Shown: piece by piece, positions 38,365 to 64,000 of the stretch
How the letters are laid out: the number at the start of each line of letters is the position of its first letter
How positions within the stretch are numbered: position 1 is the first letter of the stretch
Assembly (NCBI GenBank): GCA_048128005.1
Contig: JBEUKZ010000006.1
Coordinates: 248,001 to 312,000 of the forward strand
DNA: 64,000 bases
From: Veleropilina oligotropha
Lineage: Eukaryota
Reading direction: 5' to 3'
Notes under the pieces: model-generated
Databases searched by the model: none
What the model was told of the DNA's origin: nothing
What the model saw: only the letters and a program-made list of their open reading frames with translations
Program-made: the position numbers and the translations under genes

Positions 38365-39683
38365 TTTATCCCCCGCCCGAAGGGTTAGTGGGAGATATTG
38401 GAATCGCTGTGTCCGTATGACCGTACGTCCGTAAACAATTTTGGTTCAAGTTTTTGGATGACAATTTACACTAATTTGTTAAATGAATATCAGTACCAAA
38501 CCTTCTCATATGGATAATACACATCATAATCTTTCATTTAAGACCCAAATTCAAAAAACTAATTTTAATTTTTATGTAAAATCATGTATTTGAACATAGA
38601 CTTTTTCAGGAAAAAAGGAACTCGGTTAAAGTTTTTGGTTCGTTTTCTTTCATTTATTGAAGGGATATCAACACCAAACCTTTTCATATGTATAATACAC
38701 AGCATAATCTTTCATTTAAGACCCAAAGTTTAAAAAAATAATTTTAATGTATATTGTAAAATGATGCATTTGAACATAGACATTTTCAGGAAAAAAGGAA
38801 CTTGGTTAAAGTTTTTGGTTGAAGGTTTTCTTTCATTTATTGAAGGGATATCAATACCAAACCTTTTCATATGGATAATACACATCATAATCTTTCATTT
38901 AAGACCCAAAGTTTAAAAAAATAAATTGAATTTATATTGTCAAATGATGCATTTGAACATAGACTTTTTCAGGAAAAAAGGAACTCTGTTAAAGTTTTTG
39001 GTTGAAGGTTTTCTTTCATTTATTGAAGGGATATCAATACCAAACCATTTCATATGGATAATACACATCATAATCTATCATTTAAGATCCAAATTTAAAA
39101 AAAAAAATTAATTTCTAATGTAAAATCATGTATTTGAACATAGACTTTCTCAGGAAAAAAGGAACTCTGTTAAAGTTTTTGGTTGAAGGTTTTCTTTCAT
39201 TTATTGAAGGGATATCAATACCAAACCTTTTTTATATGGATAATACACATCATAATCTTTCATTTAAGACCTAAATTTAAAAATAATAATTTTTATTTAT
39301 ATTGTAAAATGATGTTTTGGAGACTTTTTCATGGAAAAAGGAAATCGGTTAAAGTTTTTGGCTGAAGTCTTATATTTATTGAAGGAATATCAAAACCAAA
39401 CCTTTTCATATGGATAACACACGTCATAATCTGTCATTTAAGACATAAATCCTTTTTTAAATATTTATTTTATATTGTGAAATTACATATTTGAACTTAG
39501 ACTTTTTCAGGCATAAACGGGATATGGTTTTGAATGAAACTATTTTTCATCCCATGGTCAATGTATATATCCTGGGCATATTCATGTTCCGAGGAACATA
39601 CTTTTCTAGTTTGATCAAATTTGCGTCCCAATTGTTTTCGAAGGCGGGGGATTTGCCCATTTTCTAACGGGCCAGTTTCTTGT
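38365..39683. mobile_element. HINE-like family 5 (~180-bp units) inserted in the RTE remnant
   Basis: ATCCCCCGCC head / GGCGGGGGAT tail plus stem-loop; removing it rejoins RTE ...NWIMK|PHNRVPHGIQW... Confidence 0.78.
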
Positions 39684-40064
39684 TTCATTATCCAATTGAT
39701 GGTAAGTAGGAATAGGGTTGAGGACAGATTAAAACATTGGCGGACTCTACCGTGAACCATTTTCCGAGAATGATTTTGCAGCCAACATGTTAATAGAACT
39801 TTCTTAGCATAGTGACAATCTATAAAATTGATACAGATATAAAGGCATTCCATTCCAAGCACTGTTCGATTATGTTGCGCAGAGTAAAGATCTGGTAGAT
39901 ACACAAATTTATTCCTGAAGTCAGTTTGTTATGACGATGCCAGGTGACGATGGCGATGTTGGTGCGATTTAGAAGAATCTTGCCGACTACCTTGCTGAAA
40001 GCAGATCGCAGTGTTATCGCATCAAAATTTTGTAGGTCACCTTATGGGAAAGTTTGACAATGAG

Positions 40065-40333
40065 GAGGAGGAGGAGGAATGATGCTTAATGTCCTGTATA
40101 TTTACAACATCGAGGTTCAAGGCAGGACATGTCCGTGTTATCGTGGGAGGAAACCCCGGTCGCCCGGGTAAACCTGCCCTCTTCGGCCAGCCACGGACAA
40201 CTGTGATTCATAACTTGAACAAATGTCAATGCCTCTGCCAGGTATTGAATCCAATACTGTTCGCATTAGCGGAATCAAGCCAGTGAAGTTAGAGTGGACA
40301 CTCTACCCACTGCGCTGCCGAAGCGGCCGTTTA
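40065..40333 (-). mobile_element. SINE family A copy, inside the RTE remnant
   Basis: Same unit; TSD TTTGACAATGAG. Confidence 0.88.
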
Positions 40334-42147
40334 TTTGACAATGAGTCGTCGATGTTGATGGCAATATCATGATAAGAAGGTTTTGGGTTGGCTGTGTCAT
40401 CTGATTCGGGTCGGTTTATTTGATGAGACCCCCCTCTTTATTGTTCAAATATCCCCATCTGCCTGGTACCTGGCCCACATAGCTGACTCGAGATCTTGTA
40501 GACAGATTCTCTGCTTCACTGGCAATATCCTCCATCAGGTCCCTTTTGTCTTGCCTGGCGCTTTTCTTCACAGCTTGATCCTTATCCATATACGCCTTCA
40601 TGGCTTGTAACTGGAGTCTGGTTGATTTGATGTTGTAACGTCTCCTTTTAGAAGTCTCCTTTCTATTTTCTTCCCAGCTGTGTTGAATATTATTACCTGG
40701 TTTCTGTAGCCTAAAACATTATATTGGCTTTATAAGGTCTTGATATTGTTCCGTTTCATGCAAAGGTCATTTTCTCCATTTTTATATGTGTTTGCAAGGA
40801 ATTCTAGCGGTTCCGCGACCTGTCAATGGGTCGTATTTGCTTACTCTGCGGCGATGTCTTGTGGAGTTGCAATTTCACCACTATTGCAGCTAAATAGTGA
40901 TCACTGTTCACGTCAGCTCCACTATACACACGCACATCATTGCGAGATCTTCGGCATTTATTGTTAACTTGGACGTGGTCGTTTAGGTTAATCGTTCGTC
41001 TATCCCAAGATCTTGTGTACTTGTTTGTGGTGAGAGGTGGTTCCTCCGTTGATCAAAAAAATCCATGTATCCAACAGTTCGCTCGTATCCGGTATTGCCA
41101 GATCTGACTTTTAGGATCCAACATGACGAACAACATACCATTTTGATGACTTTTGCCACTGTATGGCTAGTTGTAGTTGCTCGTACCACTCAATCTTATC
41201 GTTTTCATCTGCTTCGTTGGTCGGAGATTAACACTGTACAACGATCAGTCCGCAATATGTCGAGTCGAAATGAGGTCTGCTAAGTCAGCCAATGATAAGA
41301 TGCCGCCCATTCAGAGACCTCGTCTAGTCTTTGCAAACTATATATTATGGCAACAGCATCAGATCTCGCGCCGTCATTCTTCCGGTTTGGTTGAACCTGT
41401 GGGAATAGGCTTGAGGTTCATCAAGACACGTGAGCCTCTCCGCAACGACAATGTAGCGGTCCCAATTGAAGCGGAATAAGTTTCCATGTACTCACGTATT
41501 GACTTGAATATAGAAGACGACAGTGAATTTTCTAGAGATAAGTTAGTCATTACAATGTATATCATCTCGTAAGAACATTTATCGCTGAATGAAGTGGATC
41601 CACGGTACCCTGTTCACTACATTCATAAATTGACAAACCAACACGAACAATGTACTCTACATTTGTAGATTTCGGCCATGGCACCAGCTGTTGTGTTAGG
41701 GAGTTGATAAAAACTGACAGAATCTTCAAACCCTCATGTATACTGGTAAATGCCAAAGATTTATTTTGGCCAGATGACTAACTGCACCATATTGATACCG
41801 ATACTCCCTTTTACCGCCAAAATTTATTTTACAGAATTTTAATTTTAAATATTTTCACTTTTTGACACTCACCATATATCAATCCCATATAAACCATTGC
41901 ATCAAATAACTAGAGGTTATATCACGAGGTTTGTGTGTCTAATCGCCGAAGCCTGCAGTTAAAGCACGAGGCTTCTTGGATTAGACAAGAAAAACCGAGT
42001 GATATAATCGACTTAAACCAGAATAAATGTAAACAAATTTAAAATATATGATTTTAATAAACCCATTTCAGTGTAAGAAAGTAGTCCCCCGTGGTCTAAT
42101 TGACAAGATAGTTAATTAAATCAAGGGCCATGACAAAAGAATAATAT

Positions 42148-43351
42148 CAGTGGCGTAGGAAGCAATTTTGGATTGGGGGTAAGACAGAAAAGGGCACTTT
42201 GCATAACTAATTTTAAATAAAGGTAATTTTGAGCCCCACATTGGTGCATGATTACTGTGGGGATTGAGGACATTTTTTCAAATAGAAATATGAAGGAAGT
42301 CAAATTAAGCTATCAATGGTCCGCGTGGGGGTGGGGCCCCACGCGGAAGAAAATTTTGACACTTAATCTTGTGAAACCCCCTCCTGTATTCTGATTCTGA
42401 GATTGCTAATGTGGTATTTCTTACCAACATCTTTGAATCATTTTCACCACTCTGTAAAAGTTTTCAATTTGAAAGATAAAAATAAAATATGCATCTGTAT
42501 ATATATATGACCAGGGACTACAACATTGAGGGGGACATGATGGTCAGCAGAACTTTGAAGGGCCTTACGGGGTCGAATTATACTATCAATGGCCCGCGTC
42601 GTGGGACTCCGTTCCCCTGGGGAAGAATTTTTTGACACATAACCATACTAACACCCTCGCCTGTATTCTGATGATGTAATCGTGGTATTTCTTAACAACA
42701 TTTACGAGTCATTTCACCAATCCATAGAAGAAATTTTTGACAATTAACCGTGCGAAACACCCTCTCCTGTATTCTGATGATGTAAATGTGATATTTCTTA
42801 ACAATATTTATGAATCATTTCACCACTTCATAAAAGGTGTAGGCATGTAATAGCCTCATGCCCAGTCTGCTGTATAATAATTATACTCCCTAGAATGGTG
42901 ACTGTCGGTAGATGCAGGTATCTCAAGGATATTGTACGTGTGATAAAAGCTATGAACTCAGATATATACTTGAAGTCTTCTGTTTATGGCCATCAGTAAA
43001 ATATTGGGGGTGAAATACCCCATCTTATTGTATAAAAATCGCACACAATTGCATCAAGTGGGCATGGTTGCTCGAGAACGGATTTTGATCTAAAATGGAC
43101 GGTAAAATAAATTCTGGAGATGGTGCACACATAGAAACTATGAAGTCGGATATACTAGTATACTTTTGAGTCTGTCTAAGGGCACCCAATAAAAAAATGG
43201 GGGGGGGGGGGGGGGGGTAATACCCGTTATTTTATAATAAACTTTGAGTTTGCATATATAATTTGAGTGCAAATCTAAGGGCACTTGCAAATTTAAGGAC
43301 ACGTCTAAAAAAATTTGTGGGGTACTTACCCCCCCGGCTCCTACGCCATTG
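42148..43351. mobile_element. hAT-like non-autonomous element
   Basis: CAGTGGCGTAGGA / TCCTACGCCATTG termini; no clear TSD. Confidence 0.55.
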
Positions 43352-43721
43352 AATGTACCGTAACAAAGGAAAGAAAAGGATCGATGCTTAATATACTCCT
43401 GTATATTTCCAACCACCAGCTTACATATGTTCCTACACCGCTGCTAGCATTTTATTCACTTATTTTTTAAGTTAGCATACATTAAAAGTAGAATTGTGAT
43501 AACTTTAAGGGCTTTGAACTTGTTTTTGGAGTGATCAGAATAGGCCTCGGCCTATAAGCTAATTATGAATCTAATTATAATTTGAAGGCACTCGAGTTTT
43601 GATATTTTTTCAGAACATGCCAGGTTATTTTTGGTGAAACTCGTGTTTCCCCTTCCATTTCGCAATCAAATTTTGTTTTTCATTTGATTACATTTTTTAT
43701 TCATCTGTAACCTACCCGATA

Positions 43722-44144
43722 CAGGGCTCGATTTAGCATTTTAAATCCAGGAGCCCATGGGGCTCCTAGCATTTCAAATCTAGGAGCCCACACTAATTTT
43801 CAGGAGCCCTTCTAATATTATGCTCGTGCTATTTATACAACATCCATTTTATCTCCCATAAAAGATATGAAAGGAACTCACTATGGATTCCACGTAATAT
43901 CTCAAAACAAATGTTATATAATCATTATAAACTTCCTTCTTGACTCGGTTTGTCAGTCTTTTATGCTGAAAATTTGTAATAATAAGAGAATATAATGTTT
44001 ATTACATATTCAGATTCTTCTAAATCCTATGAAGTGCTTACAAATTTATAGGAGCCAGAAGGACTACCTCACCATAGAATCTAGGAGCCCCATGCCATTT
44101 CTAGGAGCTTGGGGCTCCAGGACTACCATATAAATCGAGCCCTG
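43722..44144. mobile_element. 423-bp MITE (CAGGGCTCGATTTA TIR)
   Basis: 14-bp perfect TIR; TSD CCGATA. Confidence 0.88.
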
Positions 44145-44429
44145 CCGATATATATAGGTCTGTTCGCCCATCTTTGGCGGACTAGTATAGGCCTTATAGT
44201 AATCACTGGATGGGGATTTTACATGTAGCCTATTGATCCGGCTAATTATAGTTGATTATACGGCACAATATGTACGGCACCATCGTGGTTACTGGCCATG
44301 ACATGCTGTAATCTTATTGCTGTACGGATCGTTGTTTTCACACCGCGTCAAGTTGTTAGTGGCAACCATTGGCCATATACCGTTGGCCTACTTGCCATTT
44401 ATCGAAATCGAAGAATTGTTTAGTCTGGC

Positions 44430-44472
44430 CTTTTTCCCTCTTCGGCGCTGTATCCATATGACGTCAGAAAAA

Positions 44473-44480
<8 letters not shown>
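44430..44480 (+). promoter_or_regulatory. Putative PP1 proximal promoter / 5'UTR motifs
   Basis: Pyrimidine tract ctttttccctcttc (~44430), perfect CRE palindrome TGACGTCA at 44459-44466, and YY1-like AAAATGGCGG over the ATG. Motif matches only. Confidence 0.35.
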
Positions 44481-63489
<19,009 letters not shown>

Positions 63490-64000
63490 TAGTTTTACCA
63501 AACCCAGTACATATTGCTGGGTGTATGTTGTTCGTGGTTCATTTGGGTATTAAATGCGTTTATGCCATATTTTGTTTTTTCCCATTCGTCAGTTTTACCC
63601 GTTGACATTTTAAATAACAGCCATCAGATAGATACAACCAAGAAATTTTTTCATTTTTTGGGGTGGGATGTTAGATGTTCCTTGATGTTTTTGAGTAATA
63701 CAATTTAAGAACCTCTAACATTATTGGAAGAAGTCAATTCTCTGAGTACTAAAGAGAACCTAAATAGATTTTCTGTTCATGCCAAAAAAAAATTGCGGGG
63801 ATATTAAAATGCAGGTCGTCCCTCCATGCAAATTATCTTTTCCTGAGCATATCTGAGCATATTCACCGAGTTATTGCCCTTGCTTTAATTTGTTATATCC
63901 GACTATATCTCATACAGTGCTTGACTTATCATTATGAAACTTAATTATTCCATGGGAATTTGGGAGCAGTCAAAACAGTTGTCCCTCGGTAGTGGGGAGG

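Larger units (their letters stand above)
35400..41480 (-). mobile_element. Heavily decayed RTE-clade LINE, interrupted by a satellite, a HINE and a SINE
   Basis: APE remnants (VVQC*SPTNEADENDKIEWYEQLQ at ~41170-41260; GNTGYERTVG), VKKSARQDKR (~40540), LSSTLFLLTINWIMK (~39700), GIQW..FEDLDFADD (~38300), ESFHGGCLRMI (~35600). Confidence 0.8.

Overview
This is AT-rich, repeat-dense eukaryotic DNA, most likely from a marine invertebrate. A mollusc or other lophotrochozoan is my inference from the quadruple-CRD galectin and the repeat types. Two spliced host genes on the + strand can be rebuilt by eye from GT-AG junctions and reading frame. (1) A four-domain (quadruple-CRD) galectin has 12 exons at 11722-30649, built as four repeats of an 89 / ~200 / 120-nt exon triplet; its start-codon exon was not found. 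(2) A PP1-beta-like serine/threonine phosphatase catalytic subunit has 7 exons at 44473-63459, and its last exon lies beyond the window. Most of the rest is transposable-element debris: a decayed Gypsy element with 93-bp LTRs; L2-like, CR1-like and RTE-like LINE remnants; a decayed Crypton-type tyrosine-recombinase element nested in a MITE inside PP1 intron 1; three tRNA-derived SINE families; many HINE/Helentron-like tandem-repeat elements; MITEs; and satellites, including a 76 x 31-bp array amplified from inside an RTE reverse-transcriptase ORF. I found no convincing wholly new system. The most notable items are the nested Crypton with its related hairpins, the RTE-born satellite, the CAG-ended MITEs with 5-6 bp TSDs, and the divergent CRD3/CRD4 sugar-binding motifs.
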